Part shown: piece after piece, positions 10,042-21,182 of the stretch
How the letters are laid out: every line of letters begins with the position of its first letter
How positions within the stretch are numbered: position 1 is the first letter of the stretch
DNA from: a virus
Direction: 5' to 3' (one strand)
Virus record (IMG/VR): IMGVR_UViG_3300041583_000345
Span: 1-64,000 of that record
DNA: 64,000 nucleotides
Made by a program: the position numbers and the translations under genes
The notes under the pieces: model-generated
The model's input: the letters and a program-made list of their open reading frames with translations, nothing else
The model's database searches: none
What the model was told of the DNA's origin: nothing

Positions 10042-10718
10042 GTCTTTAAGGAAGTACTCTCTCCTTTAAGGTAGCTTCTATTATTCTCAGTCAAGTAACC
10101 ATTTAAAGTTGATCCAATGTCTAAGTAAATGTTGTGCTTATTCTTCTCCCAAAACTTAGCGGCTAACATATTACCCAACGGTCCGGCACAGAATAAAAAG
10201 AGTTTTCCTTTATATTTCTCAATAGGAAAATTCTCTACCATATCAAAATTATCTATAAATGCCTCTGTGGTGATAGGTACGTGTTGATCTATAATAAAAG
10301 GAAGCTTGTGTACTGTAGCATTTGCTCTTGCGAATAAAATCACATCATGTTTACTATATTCCGGAATAAAGTTTTCTTTATAGTAGGGGTAGTTACTATT
10401 TACAAAGAGGTTAGCCCAGGTTAGGGTCTCCTGCTTTGATTCTATTCTCATCCAATCCACAATTGGTTTAGGTTGGCAGCATTTACAGCTTACACCTACA
10501 TAATACTCAGGATCTTTATATTGGAAGGATCTTATTAGTTCAGTTCTAATTTCAGAATGTAGTTCTGGTTTAAATGTCCAATTATCTACATTAGTAATAG
10601 CTTGGTTGGCTAGTATGGCGAATTCCCCATCAGCGTACTTGCTAAAACTAAAGTTTTCTTTTTTCTTTAATTTTGCAAATATATACTCTATATCTTCTCT
10701 AAAACTATTCTTTATCAT
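10029..10718 (-). CDS. GT-D fold (DUF1792-like) glycosyltransferase
   Basis: FSFSKYADGE and YLDIGS motifs. Confidence 0.6.
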   Translation of the reverse strand: MIKNSFREDIEYIFAKLKKKENFSFSKYADGEFAILANQAITNVDNWTFKPELHSEIRTELIRSFQYKDPEYYVGVSCKCCQPKPIVDWMRIESKQETLTWANLFVNSNYPYYKENFIPEYSKHDVILFARANATVHKLPFIIDQHVPITTEAFIDNFDMVENFPIEKYKGKLFLFCAGPLGNMLAAKFWEKNKHNIYLDIGSTLNGYLTENNRSYLKGESTSLKTCIW

Positions 10719-10962
10719 TACTTATTGCTCTTCCTTTTTTAGCTTCCCAATCTCTTTCAGGTCTAACCTCTAAGTTAGTTTTCCATCCTGGTTCAATAGT
10801 ATTCATTGGAGTGCCTAATTTATTTCCTAATTTAATAATAGCATTAACATCTTTGGGAAAACAAGTTCCTCCGTAACCGTGTCTTCCGTCTGGTCCGGGT
10901 ACGTGTAAATGGCTATCTCCTACAAATCCATTTCCTATAATACCTACTTTATAACGTGTCAT
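10705..10962 (-). pseudogene. ugd: UDP-glucose/GDP-mannose dehydrogenase remnant with large in-frame internal deletion
   Basis: Rossmann GIIGNGFVG fused directly to C-terminal DSHLHVPGPDG..GYGGTCFPKD; about 85 aa only. Confidence 0.85.
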
Positions 10963-11581
10963 AAAATGCATTCTGTTTTTCTTGTCTTTCTATTTGTTTT
11001 GGATGATAGAGTGCGTAAGTTTTATCTAAAGGTAAATTAGAGTAGGTTTCAAACCCTTCTAACTTCTCATGCACTTTATTCACCCATTTGATCTCCGGTT
11101 TATTTTTCCAGATTCTCATTTGATAGTCCGGCCAGTTAATCCAGCCCTCTTTATTTACATTCCACCCCCATTTCTGTATATGATCTTCTGTTAAGCCTTC
11201 TACTGTATTTACTCTAGGTACTAGATAAACTTCATTGTCTGGGTTCTTTTCAACAAGAAGAGGGAGTAGTTTAATAAGCTGTTCATTAGGTATCTCGTCT
11301 GCATCAATTTGAAATATAAAATCCCCAGTACAGTATTCGGTTAACTTATTTTTCCAATCTGCGAAATGACCATCGAAATACCCTCTATAAAACTGTACGT
11401 TGGGTAGTTTATTAAACTCTGATAGGAAATTTTCTATCTCTTCTGTACCGTTTGCTTGGTCATATAGTATAACGATTTCATCTCCTATTCTTTTATTATT
11501 TAACAAGAATGGAAGGAGCTTCTGTATTTCAAGAAACTCATTACAGAGTGTTACTGCATATGACAATTTTATTTTACTCAT
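10949..11581 (-). CDS. glycosyltransferase family 2
   Basis: LSYAVTLCNE, FQIDADE, WPDYQMR, VHE motifs. Confidence 0.85.
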   Translation of the reverse strand: MSKIKLSYAVTLCNEFLEIQKLLPFLLNNKRIGDEIVILYDQANGTEEIENFLSEFNKLPNVQFYRGYFDGHFADWKNKLTEYCTGDFIFQIDADEIPNEQLIKLLPLLVEKNPDNEVYLVPRVNTVEGLTEDHIQKWGWNVNKEGWINWPDYQMRIWKNKPEIKWVNKVHEKLEGFETYSNLPLDKTYALYHPKQIERQEKQNAFYDTL

Positions 11582-11588
11582 AACGTTA

Positions 11589-12038
11589 TTACTTTATATC
11601 ATAAAAGTTTATAACTTCAAGGGCATCCATAAATTCATTCTGTTCAAAGAATTTTGCTTCCGGCATATCCATTTTATGGGTCTGATCTTTTGGAAAACTC
11701 TTTGTAGTTCTCTCTTCTGGAGTGATTCTAATAGCTTTTACTGCTGACCATTTCCATTCCTCTTTTGATGAACCGTCTAAGAATACCATTCCGCTTCCCG
11801 GTAAAGTAATGGTGGCGGGTGCCCATACTCTTTTGTCTTCATCTGTAAATAATAAATCCCTATATAGTTCAGGAGAAGTTTCTATTAAATCAGCTGTTAC
11901 TTTTCCTCCCTCAGTCATTAGGGTTGAAGTTGTAAAACCACATCCTAAACATAACCATGTTGTTGTATCCTTATCTATGTGCTGCTCGTAACATGCATTT
12001 CCTTTGCATCGTTTACATTCTACTAATTGATCTTGCAT
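11589..12038 (-). CDS. zinc-ribbon hypothetical protein
   Basis: CKRC...CLGC. Confidence 0.55.
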   Translation of the reverse strand: MQDQLVECKRCKGNACYEQHIDKDTTTWLCLGCGFTTSTLMTEGGKVTADLIETSPELYRDLLFTDEDKRVWAPATITLPGSGMVFLDGSSKEEWKWSAVKAIRITPEERTTKSFPKDQTHKMDMPEAKFFEQNEFMDALEVINFYDIK

Positions 12039-12041
12039 ATC

Positions 12042-13322
12042 TTATAATTTTGGTAACTCTAATTTAGGTAAATTTAATTCTATTTTCTTTGGGAAGATTG
12101 GTATTTTTTCATCTAAAATCTTTCCTAATAATTCTGTCATAGCATCAAAGCTAAATAAGCTTCTACTTCTATGTCCTTGCCTTTTTGCTAATTCCAATAA
12201 CTTTTTATAGTCTTTTACTATTCCTTTATATGCTGTTGACACCTCCCCGGCATCTGGTGTGAACCAGCTTGCTTCCGGTAAGATTACTTTTGGTACTGAT
12301 GCTGATGGATGTACTTTTGTTAAAGTTCCTCCAATTAGAGTTGTGTACTCTCTATGTAAAAAATCTAGATGTGCCGACCAGGCTGAAGCTATAATAGGTT
12401 TGTTGGTTAAGGAAAACTCTAATAAAGGTCTTCCAAATCCTTCTCCTTTAGTTAGGCTAATCATTGCTTTTACTTTTGAATGATTATATAGTTCATTTAT
12501 TTCCTCATCAGATACCTCTCCATGAAGAAGATATACGTTAGGTACTGTGCCTTTTACAGTTTTTCTAATACTGTCAATCTTATCTAATATTTTTTCCCTA
12601 TCCATAATAGAGGTTGTAACTTGATGAGTTTTTAATATTAAGGCCGGTGAATTAGGTTTATTTTTAAATGTTTCTAAGAAAGATTTTAAAGTGTATCCTA
12701 TATTTTTCCTGTCCTGGCCTAAATCTCCTTGCATCCAATGTCCCACTACCAGGTAGCAGAACGATTCTTTAATCCCATCTAACTGTTTATTAATTTCCAA
12801 CTCCTTATTTGACTTGGCTGGGAAATATTTATTTATATCAGCTCCTTCAAATAAAACTTCAATAGGAGTTGTTATTTCCACCTCCCCAATTATACCTTTT
12901 GTTTTACTATCCTCTTTACTATACACCGAATTAATAAAAACATTCTTGCTGTGTTCTGATGAGGTAATTATTAAGTCCATGTTATTACATCCTTGAATCC
13001 AAGAAACATCACAAACTGTAGTCTCTATTCCGGCTGTTACTCCAATATTATACTTCCCTATTTTTTGGAATTCGTTTGGGACTGTAATTTGTATCCATAC
13101 GTCTGGTTGGTCTTCTATTTTATCTATAATCTTAGAGATAAGATCTACTTCTTTGTGATCTTTTAAGTACCCAAATCTTGTATTACCCCATCTTTGGGAT
13201 AATATCTTTATATCCCATTCCGGTTTTGTCTTTATTAACGCTTTGATAAAGTCTCTAGATCTTGCTGAATATCCACTATAACAGTCTATAGGACAGCTTA
13301 TTACGCATGTTGTTTTACTCAT
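12042..13322 (-). CDS. GT-B (family 4-like) glycosyltransferase
   Basis: SGYSARSR, DRKN, TKGEGFGRPLLE motifs. Confidence 0.85.
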   Translation of the reverse strand: MSKTTCVISCPIDCYSGYSARSRDFIKALIKTKPEWDIKILSQRWGNTRFGYLKDHKEVDLISKIIDKIEDQPDVWIQITVPNEFQKIGKYNIGVTAGIETTVCDVSWIQGCNNMDLIITSSEHSKNVFINSVYSKEDSKTKGIIGEVEITTPIEVLFEGADINKYFPAKSNKELEINKQLDGIKESFCYLVVGHWMQGDLGQDRKNIGYTLKSFLETFKNKPNSPALILKTHQVTTSIMDREKILDKIDSIRKTVKGTVPNVYLLHGEVSDEEINELYNHSKVKAMISLTKGEGFGRPLLEFSLTNKPIIASAWSAHLDFLHREYTTLIGGTLTKVHPSASVPKVILPEASWFTPDAGEVSTAYKGIVKDYKKLLELAKRQGHRSRSLFSFDAMTELLGKILDEKIPIFPKKIELNLPKLELPKL

Positions 13323-13323
13323 C

Positions 13324-14769
13324 TTAATAACCTGTTAATTTATGTGTTATATATTTCTTTTCCTTTGGTTTTACTTTAATTAAATCAAAAGAGGGTCTTG
13401 GTTTAAATTCTTTAAATCCTTTTTCCAGTACCTTTGTAATATTAATACTCATTGTTGAGGCAGACATTTGCGATTCTTCTGATGTTACCCATTCTCTACC
13501 TTTTAAGCCGTTTACTTTTCTTTCTTCAGGAGTCATACTATATACTTTTAAAAAAGCTATTGCGGCATCTTCAGGTGAACATCTATCATCAAAAATATAA
13601 GGGGTTGGTACAGATCCTGTTAAAGAGATTGAAGACGGATAGACCGGTACTGCCCATTCCCCACACTCCCTAACTGTACCTCTATGGTTGGAAGGAAAGT
13701 CAGGTGAAAAATCAATCCACTTACCGTCTTTTTCAAACCTCATTTGATCTTGCATACCTCCTGTAACATTGGCAACAATCATCTTACCTGTCATCATTGC
13801 TTCTGTTAAAGATAACCCCCAACCTTCGTTTGATGAAAGTAGTACTGTAACGTCTGTAATATTGTACAGCATGTTCATTTGTGCTGGTGATATTCTTCCC
13901 TGTGAAAAGTACACGTTAATATAATCCGGGTCACAGAAAGCTTCTTTCACTGCGTTTAAATCTGTTCCGTTCTGGTCTATGGCCTGTGTATGCATTAGCA
14001 GTGCACATTTCTTGGAAGCTTCTTTGCCAATCATATCACAAAATATTCTATACGCAAGAATTGTATCTGCTGGATGTTTTCTCTGTATATTTCTGGAGTT
14101 AAAATAAATTATAAATTCTATGTTTGGATCCGGAATTGTGTTTTTTCTAAAATCTACTAATTGAGCATACAGTTTATGTTGCTCATCAATTGGGAAGAAT
14201 GCAGTTTCATCAATACCGTGGGGAACATACTCTATAATTTTATCTTTAGCTTGCTCTCCTAATACAATCTCATTAATATTCTTAGTCTGTTTTGAAATTG
14301 CCATTAATACATCCACTGAATCGTAGTACTGTTTATTGTATAGGGGTGCGGGATAGTCATCCCAGATATTTAACCAAAAAATTGGAATTTGGGATCTAAT
14401 CTCTCTTTCTATTTCGAATAACCATGTCCAGTATCTTGGATCTGTGAAGATAAAGATTGCATCTGGTTTTTCTGTTTTAAGGAGTTTTCTTATTATATCA
14501 GCATCTCCATAGCCTGTGTTTGGCCTTACAGATACGTTTGAATCAGATATACCAACTTTTTTATTAATATCTTCAGATAGATCAAATGTTTTTCCTATTT
14601 CTGGATGGTTTAATGCTGCACCTAAATTGAACCAATTAAAATGGTGTGCGGTTCCTACTACGAACTCTCTTGCCATTGTAGCTACTCCTGAGTGCATTCT
14701 AATATCATCACATAGTAATAAGATTTTTTTCCTTTCTGCTTTAGGTACGTAACCGAGTTTACTGTTCAT
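13324..14769 (-). CDS. GT-B (family 4-like) glycosyltransferase
   Basis: SRNIQRK, SNEGWGLSLTEAM, TGGMQDQ motifs. Confidence 0.88.
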   Translation of the reverse strand: MNSKLGYVPKAERKKILLLCDDIRMHSGVATMAREFVVGTAHHFNWFNLGAALNHPEIGKTFDLSEDINKKVGISDSNVSVRPNTGYGDADIIRKLLKTEKPDAIFIFTDPRYWTWLFEIEREIRSQIPIFWLNIWDDYPAPLYNKQYYDSVDVLMAISKQTKNINEIVLGEQAKDKIIEYVPHGIDETAFFPIDEQHKLYAQLVDFRKNTIPDPNIEFIIYFNSRNIQRKHPADTILAYRIFCDMIGKEASKKCALLMHTQAIDQNGTDLNAVKEAFCDPDYINVYFSQGRISPAQMNMLYNITDVTVLLSSNEGWGLSLTEAMMTGKMIVANVTGGMQDQMRFEKDGKWIDFSPDFPSNHRGTVRECGEWAVPVYPSSISLTGSVPTPYIFDDRCSPEDAAIAFLKVYSMTPEERKVNGLKGREWVTSEESQMSASTMSINITKVLEKGFKEFKPRPSFDLIKVKPKEKKYITHKLTGY

Positions 14770-14992
14770 TATTTTAATCTAATGTTATGTTGTTTGTGAA
14801 GTTTCTCTTTAAAGTCCCTATCCGTAAGATAGAGATAAATTGCCCGATCTGCAAGCTTTTTAAATGAAAAGTTGTCTTGCAAACAAGCCATTTTAAATTC
14901 GCTAAAAAGAGGTTGGGTTATTTTGACTGAGGTCAGTTTTTCTGTTTTTGGGATCATAACTTTCTATTTATTATATATAAATATATATTGTT

Positions 14993-15940
14993 TTACAAAA
15001 CAGTCTTCCATTCATTACAAAGTTTCATTTTTCCTACATCGCAATAGGTACATGCAAACTTCTCTGGTGTTGTATTTTGTGAATGGTCTTTAAAAGTCAT
15101 GTCTTCATTAAGCATATCTTTTAAGGTCTGTGTAAAAGTTTCTCTGAATTGTTTACTTTTTCTTGGTCCGATAGCGGGTCTAAACTCTTGTACTCTTTTT
15201 TGCATAGAAGCAAAATCAGCATTTACAGGTACTCTTCTCTTTAGAATAAAGTACTCCACGTTTATTTTTTCTACCGGTATATTAAACTGTTTAGAGAAGA
15301 ACTCTCTATATAAAGCCACTTGTGCTATTTTTTTATCATCTTTCTTTTGGTAATCTTTCCATCCAGAAGTTGATGTCTTGATGTCCATTATCGTCCAAGT
15401 ATCTGCTAAGGGACTGTAAAATACTAAATCTACTAATCCTTTAAACATCACCCCAGGGGTAATTTCCTGGTATAGTAAAGTTTCGACTCCGGCAAGTTCC
15501 ATAGTTTTAGTAGAAAAATACCCTGCTCTATTCTTTTTAAGATAATCTAAAATATGTTTTCCATCTAAGTAGAACTCCTGTAGTACCTTAGCGTTTATAC
15601 CCGGGTCTAATGTACCCTTAGCTTGTGCTCTAGCAACCTTAAATGCCTGTACCATTTTAGCATAGAGCAACGAATTTAAATCCATTTCGTTTGCTTTCTT
15701 CACCTGGTCATGAAAGAGTACCTCCAGCCATTCTTGAATAGTCTCATGCATTGCACTACCAAAAATAGTATGTATGCTAGATGTAAACGGTACTAGTTTA
15801 TTGTTGTACTGGTAGTGCCACATTTTCGGGCAGGTCTGAAATGTAGAAACTGCTGAGTAGGAAATGTGTTTATTTTTTTTGCTTTGTTTTATTTTGCTTT
15901 CCCAAACTTTTTTTACTTCCCCTTTTACCTTCTTCGACAT
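14993..15940 (-). CDS. PD-(D/E)XK exonuclease (Cas4/RecB-like)
   Basis: SYSAVSTFQTCP, FKGLVDLV, IMDIKTS, QVALY, terminal CTYCD...C. Confidence 0.85.
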   Translation of the reverse strand: MSKKVKGEVKKVWESKIKQSKKNKHISYSAVSTFQTCPKMWHYQYNNKLVPFTSSIHTIFGSAMHETIQEWLEVLFHDQVKKANEMDLNSLLYAKMVQAFKVARAQAKGTLDPGINAKVLQEFYLDGKHILDYLKKNRAGYFSTKTMELAGVETLLYQEITPGVMFKGLVDLVFYSPLADTWTIMDIKTSTSGWKDYQKKDDKKIAQVALYREFFSKQFNIPVEKINVEYFILKRRVPVNADFASMQKRVQEFRPAIGPRKSKQFRETFTQTLKDMLNEDMTFKDHSQNTTPEKFACTYCDVGKMKLCNEWKTVL

Positions 15941-16175
15941 AACTTGCTTTTAATCTTTCTAAATATAATGTAGCATCCATAAGTTCCTCTTGTAAATGGT
16001 CAATCCACCCCAAAAAGTCAATATCGTCTCTATCTAACGTTGTACCGTACTTCCTAATACCTACTTGAGATCGCTCTTGAAATTTATCTTTAACTGATTG
16101 AACATAGGGGTCTCTATTTTCTGCGGTGGCTGTTGAACTTATCGTCCAGCTAAAAAGTTCACTATTCTTACTCAT
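15870..16175 (-). CDS. possible all-alpha NTP pyrophosphatase (MazG-like)
   Basis: KYGTTL...HLQEELMDATLY pattern. Confidence 0.45.
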   Translation of the reverse strand: MSKNSELFSWTISSTATAENRDPYVQSVKDKFQERSQVGIRKYGTTLDRDDIDFLGWIDHLQEELMDATLYLERLKASYVEEGKRGSKKSLGKQNKTKQKK

Positions 16176-16514
16176 ATAACTACTTTATCTATATCTTTAA
16201 GATACGAAAAAAGGTTGGAAAAACCAACCTCTTTCTTGTATATTTATTAAATCCTTTGCTTCTACTTAATACTCATAGACGCTTTATCAAAATTAGCTTT
16301 TGAAACTTCCACAACTTCTCCTCCCTCTAATTGTAATCTAAATGTCTTAGGTTTTTTTTGTATTACTCTCAATACTTTTTTAACCTTATCTGCTTTTTTA
16401 ACAACTTTAGGGGCTATTATCTCCGCTTTAGGTGCTTCCACAGTTACTGGTGAATTTACTTCTATTTCTTTTGTACTAAATTTTTCTTGCATAGTAATTG
16501 TTATTAGTTTATTC

Positions 16515-17639
16515 TTATAAATATGTAATTTTATGCTCGTCTTGGTCTTGTTTAAGTTCTGTCTTACTCACCCATCCTACTGTACCATCAGTAAACTCTA
16601 CTCTACGGTTCTTAGGGGATTTCTGTATAACTCTTTTAATTGTTTTTTTTTCTGGTAATTCATTATCATTTTCATCTGTAATTTTCCATTCTTCATTATT
16701 CTCTAACCCGTCATTAAGAGTTGTATTCCAATCTTGTGTTTCGCTTTGTAAATCATCGTATGAATCCACAGCCTTTTTTATACCCTTCCCTATATCTTCT
16801 ATATCTTCGTCTTCCCCATAAAGAGTCTTCTTAGGCTTTGCTTGATTAAAAGCAAAGTTTGCTGCTATTACTAAAGATATTGCTAATGGGTCGAATACAA
16901 ATATTATTGTAAGCAAAAGGTAGTTTATAATTCTATCCATTGGAATACCTGTTAGTCCTGCTAGGTATTTTAATGGTCCTAGTTCTCCTGAAGTAGAAGA
17001 TTGGGTGTTTAAATTCAAGATTTGTAGTTGATATTTTTGTAGACTATCAGCAGCTACTTCTCTTTTAGATTGTATACTTTTTCTATTTACTTCTTCTGTA
17101 TCGATGCGTTTTTGAGCCATTCTAAGCTCTGTTGTAGATATAGTAGTACGGAAGCCGGACGTTGAGGAGGTATCTCGGACTTGTATTTGACTGCTTTTCG
17201 CAGTTGATAAATTATTAATATTGGTTGAAATACCCTTAAGTTCTTGATCAAACCTTGTAACATCGTTTTCATAGAAATTTTTCTTTTGTTCTAAAAATTC
17301 AATTTTGTTTTCTACAACCGATAACCCTGCATAAGTTTGTTGGTAAGCAGCGCTTAGAAAACCATAGATACCCATGCTGGTAATTAATACTAAAATTACT
17401 GTAGCAATACTCAAATACGCTCTAAGCCACTTATTTAATGTCCCCCAGTATTGGTACAAAAGTGAAGCAATAACTAATTTAGCTACCTCTAAAGATCCTG
17501 CCATTATAATTACCTCTGTGGAGGCGCCTGCAAATAGTTTTGATAGCCCACTCACACTGTAAAATGCTGCAGAACCTGATACTGATAGTGCTGCAAGAGT
17601 GATTATAAGGGGGAGTATATTTCTTCTAAGTTTTTTCAT
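16515..17639 (-). CDS. multi-TM coiled-coil membrane protein
   Basis: Three N-terminal TM segments, coiled coil, then IFVFDPLA TM segment. Confidence 0.7.
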   Translation of the reverse strand: MKKLRRNILPLIITLAALSVSGSAAFYSVSGLSKLFAGASTEVIIMAGSLEVAKLVIASLLYQYWGTLNKWLRAYLSIATVILVLITSMGIYGFLSAAYQQTYAGLSVVENKIEFLEQKKNFYENDVTRFDQELKGISTNINNLSTAKSSQIQVRDTSSTSGFRTTISTTELRMAQKRIDTEEVNRKSIQSKREVAADSLQKYQLQILNLNTQSSTSGELGPLKYLAGLTGIPMDRIINYLLLTIIFVFDPLAISLVIAANFAFNQAKPKKTLYGEDEDIEDIGKGIKKAVDSYDDLQSETQDWNTTLNDGLENNEEWKITDENDNELPEKKTIKRVIQKSPKNRRVEFTDGTVGWVSKTELKQDQDEHKITYL

Positions 17640-17663
17640 TATTATAAAAGGAATGAGCTTAAT

Positions 17664-18299
17664 CTATTTCTTATTAAGGTTAATTTTCCAGTACATTCCA
17701 ACTCCAAGGTAAGGGTTAATTTTTGAGTCTGGAGCTGGTTGAAATCCAAGATTTAACTGGTAGAGGTAATCTTTTTTGGTCTTTAGAATAAGCCCACCAC
17801 TAGCATTATTGAATACATCTGTTTTATTTAGTCCTAGATTAAATCCATAGTATACTTGAGTTTTAGGACTTTCTTTTACTGTAATTGTTTCTTTTACGGA
17901 AGGAATATTCAAATCCCATTCTATTTGCCTACTTACAATTTGATTTTGAGTAATTATGTCTGATATAACCCCTTTTCCGTAGGAACTTACAAGAACGGTA
18001 TCTCTATATTGATATTTAGTGTAAAAATCTTTAAGTATTGCAAGAGTGTCTACATCTGCGGGTACTTTTATAATTTCCTTTTCAACTCTTGTTATCAACT
18101 TTGGTTTATATACGATTGTGGTTTCTTTTACGATTTTAATTACCGTATCTGTTTCTTTTTTTACTAATTCGTACTTTTTACCATTAATATTTACTTTTTC
18201 ACCTACATTATTTCCTTTATTAGAGCAATTTCTAATTAAAAGAAATATACACAGTAGTAGTAGTATTATTGTTTTACTATCAAACTTTGAATTTAACAT
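17664..18299 (-). CDS. membrane-anchored protein, possible lysis accessory
   Basis: N-terminal hydrophobic stretch with Cys; adjacent to endolysin. Confidence 0.45.
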   Translation of the reverse strand: MLNSKFDSKTIILLLLCIFLLIRNCSNKGNNVGEKVNINGKKYELVKKETDTVIKIVKETTIVYKPKLITRVEKEIIKVPADVDTLAILKDFYTKYQYRDTVLVSSYGKGVISDIITQNQIVSRQIEWDLNIPSVKETITVKESPKTQVYYGFNLGLNKTDVFNNASGGLILKTKKDYLYQLNLGFQPAPDSKINPYLGVGMYWKINLNKK

Positions 18300-18452
18300 A
18301 TATTTTTGAATAAAGTTATATAGTTAAAATAAGAAATATTTTTCTAACATACAACTACTCCCTTTTAAAGGTTACCCATAAGTAACAAAATACTAATATT
18401 GATAAACTTACTATTAACCCCTGTATTAATACTATACTAGAATTTTGCATTT

Positions 18453-19070
18453 TTATTTTTTTACAAATTCGTAATATTTTTTAGTTTTTACATTTCTATC
18501 GTCTAAACCATTTGTACCTCCATTAATACGCTTAGTTAATTTTAAGATAGAAGCATCATTTATTCCACCATCACAAATAGACCAAAGTTTATTCTTATCA
18601 AAAAAGAACATAGCTGATTCGAATGAAAATTCAGTTGCAACTAAATCGGGGTTAGTCATAATTTCTGGCTTACATAAATAATCAGAGAAAGCTTGGTAGT
18701 TCGCCTTACCTGTTAATTGTAATGCTCCTCTACCTCTAAATTTCCAACCATCACCTGATGCCTCATCTCCATTAGACATACGAGATGCATAAACTCTATT
18801 AGCAATCATCTCTGGTTTTCTAGCATAATGTGTTGCTAGGTCTTCATTTATAAAGTATTTTTTAAATGTACCTAAGAGTCCGGATGCCCCATAATTTAAA
18901 TTCTCTGAGAATAATTTAAAGTTTCCGGTTTCGTGTGCTGTTTGAGCAAAGAAATGTGCTGCTCTTAGCGGAGTTAATTTGTAAAACTCCATAGCTTTAT
19001 TCATTGTACCTGGTCCAAATATTCCGTCAGCAGTTGTTCCAATCTTTCTCTGTAAATTTTTTAAACTCAT
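18453..19070 (-). CDS. GH19 endolysin with N-terminal peptidoglycan-binding segment
   Basis: ADGIFGPGT; FFAQTAHETG; FRGRGALQLTGKANY; RINGGTNGL. Confidence 0.93.
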   Translation of the reverse strand: MSLKNLQRKIGTTADGIFGPGTMNKAMEFYKLTPLRAAHFFAQTAHETGNFKLFSENLNYGASGLLGTFKKYFINEDLATHYARKPEMIANRVYASRMSNGDEASGDGWKFRGRGALQLTGKANYQAFSDYLCKPEIMTNPDLVATEFSFESAMFFFDKNKLWSICDGGINDASILKLTKRINGGTNGLDDRNVKTKKYYEFVKK

Positions 19071-19109
19071 AAACTAATTTTAAGGTTTTGTATATTCTTC
19101 GGACATACT

Positions 19110-19373
19110 TTATTCTTTTTTGCCAAATATCTTTCCTGCTTCAGCAATCCCAAAAGACCCTAAGGTAATAATTACGAATGAATTGTATATCAATTCGTTA
19201 ATTACTAAATCTTTTCCAAATAATCCTGATATTATATCTGCTGTTGCAAATATTACCATTACTGCGAAAGAAGCAAAGCCTACTATGTTCTTTTCGTTAA
19301 GATCATTACTATCTTTAAAAATGTCTTTGAAAGCCATCCAATTTTGTTTTATTTTATTAAACACAAATAACAA
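19110..19373 (-). CDS. small two-TM protein, holin candidate
   Basis: Two hydrophobic helices, charged C-terminus, directly upstream of endolysin. Confidence 0.5.
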   Translation of the reverse strand: MLFVFNKIKQNWMAFKDIFKDSNDLNEKNIVGFASFAVMVIFATADIISGLFGKDLVINELIYNSFVIITLGSFGIAEAGKIFGKKE

Positions 19374-20744
19374 TTTTAGTGAAACAATACTTTATTATAA
19401 ATAGCAAAGATATTTATCTGCAGTGTATTCTTTCATTAGACATAATGTTCTTTCTTAACTTTCTCTAATGTTTACCCTATAATTGAGTAGGTAATTATCA
19501 TAGAGACATAAAATAATACATATTTCATTAACCTTTTATTTTAACATGACGACATTTTTAAATAGTTTTTATTTTCCGTATATACAAAAGGAGGCTCCTA
19601 CACCTCCCTTTGCTACCTACAACGTTTCTTATTTCTAAGTAACGTCTCCTATTCTTTATCTAGGTTTTTAATTTCCCGAGGAAGAAACTCTTCATTCACT
19701 GTTCCGCATTTTTTGCAAGCAAATACTGGGATTGGAATGTAGGATGGTTTCCCGGTTCCGGAAATAAGCCCTGATACTTTTCTTAATATAAGTGATTGAT
19801 CAAAGTATACTCCCCCACAATCATCACATGTAACTCCTGAGGTCTGTGTAATGTCGACCTGTGGTTGTTGTACTTGCATATTACTGCTGCGCTTTACGGT
19901 TTTTTCTGTAATAGTCTCCGTTAGCACTTGTCTGTAAGGAATTACTAGGTCCGCCTCCTGTGGTGGTTCCTTTAGCTGTTTCTTTTTTAGATCTACCTGG
20001 TTTTTTACGGGTAAGTTTTTTGGGCAGGTCTTCTACCTCTTCTTTAATATCGTCATACTTTTCTTTTACGTCATCTATAACGTCTTCTACTACATCAGGT
20101 ATTCCATCAGAGTCAGTGTCTTTTAAAATTCCTTTTTTTGTAAGAATTGCCCCGGTTACGGCTGCTACTAACAGAACCGCTAATAAGATAAAAATAAATT
20201 TCATGTCTTTGTTTGTTTAATTTAATATAAATAGATTAATTAATCGGAATCTTAGCGGGTTTCCAATATATCCCGTATTTTTCTTCTATAAAAAAGTAAA
20301 AGTCAATTAATTCTAACTCGGTATTCATTAGTTCACATTCGTATTGGTCCTTATCTAACTTAAAAGTAGTAAGAAACGCATTTTTGAGTTCCCCTAATTT
20401 AGTAGTCTCATCTTTACCGTAATCCTCCATAAGTCTCTTACGTCTGGATATATCTAGGGAAGTTTCTTCTACGTACCTACCTGGGTCGTTTCTAAGAAGT
20501 CTAAACTTCTCATTAATCCTATGTTCTACTACTTCAGCTTCATACCTATATGAACTATAGTCAAAGTCACCATTAAGTATTCTATCTCTTAAAGGATATC
20601 TACCAGTAAGAGGTTTAGTCTTAGTAGTATAAGATCTCCACCACGTGAATCTACTATAGGGCATCTTATAATAATTCTTCTTAAAGAAACTCTCTAACCA
20701 TTCCATAGAGTGAATCGGGGTATAAGGTAGCGTACTAATCATAC

Positions 20745-21182
20745 TTAAATATACGAAATATCTTTTATAAAGCCAACTTTTTCAAATAGTTTTTGGGCTT
20801 TAATATTCCAGTCATCTGTACATAGAGTAATAGTAGGAAAGTTAATATAGTTTAAACACCCTTTAATAAACTTTTCTCCGTATCCATCAGGTCTTCTAGG
20901 ATTAACAAATAAGTTGTAAAGGTAATTTTTTTCAAACCAAACATGGGCGAGTGGTCCATCTTGATCTACTCCTATAACTAAATCATGGCCTCTTTCTAGT
21001 CTCTCTCTAGCAATATCGAGATCCCACATCTCTGTCCAGTATACGTTACCATTAAATCCATTAATACTAGTTTGAATAGTATTTTCTAACGAACAAAATG
21101 TATGAGGTTGTATCCAAACTATTCCCTGGATAGGAGTATAACTTTGCTTATTAATAAGGGTGTACCAGCTTTTATTCTCCAC
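20745..21182 (-). CDS. GNAT family N-acetyltransferase
   Basis: NLFVNPRR..GYG and NIKAQKLFEKVGF motifs. Confidence 0.75.
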   Translation of the reverse strand: MENKSWYTLINKQSYTPIQGIVWIQPHTFCSLENTIQTSINGFNGNVYWTEMWDLDIARERLERGHDLVIGVDQDGPLAHVWFEKNYLYNLFVNPRRPDGYGEKFIKGCLNYINFPTITLCTDDWNIKAQKLFEKVGFIKDISYI

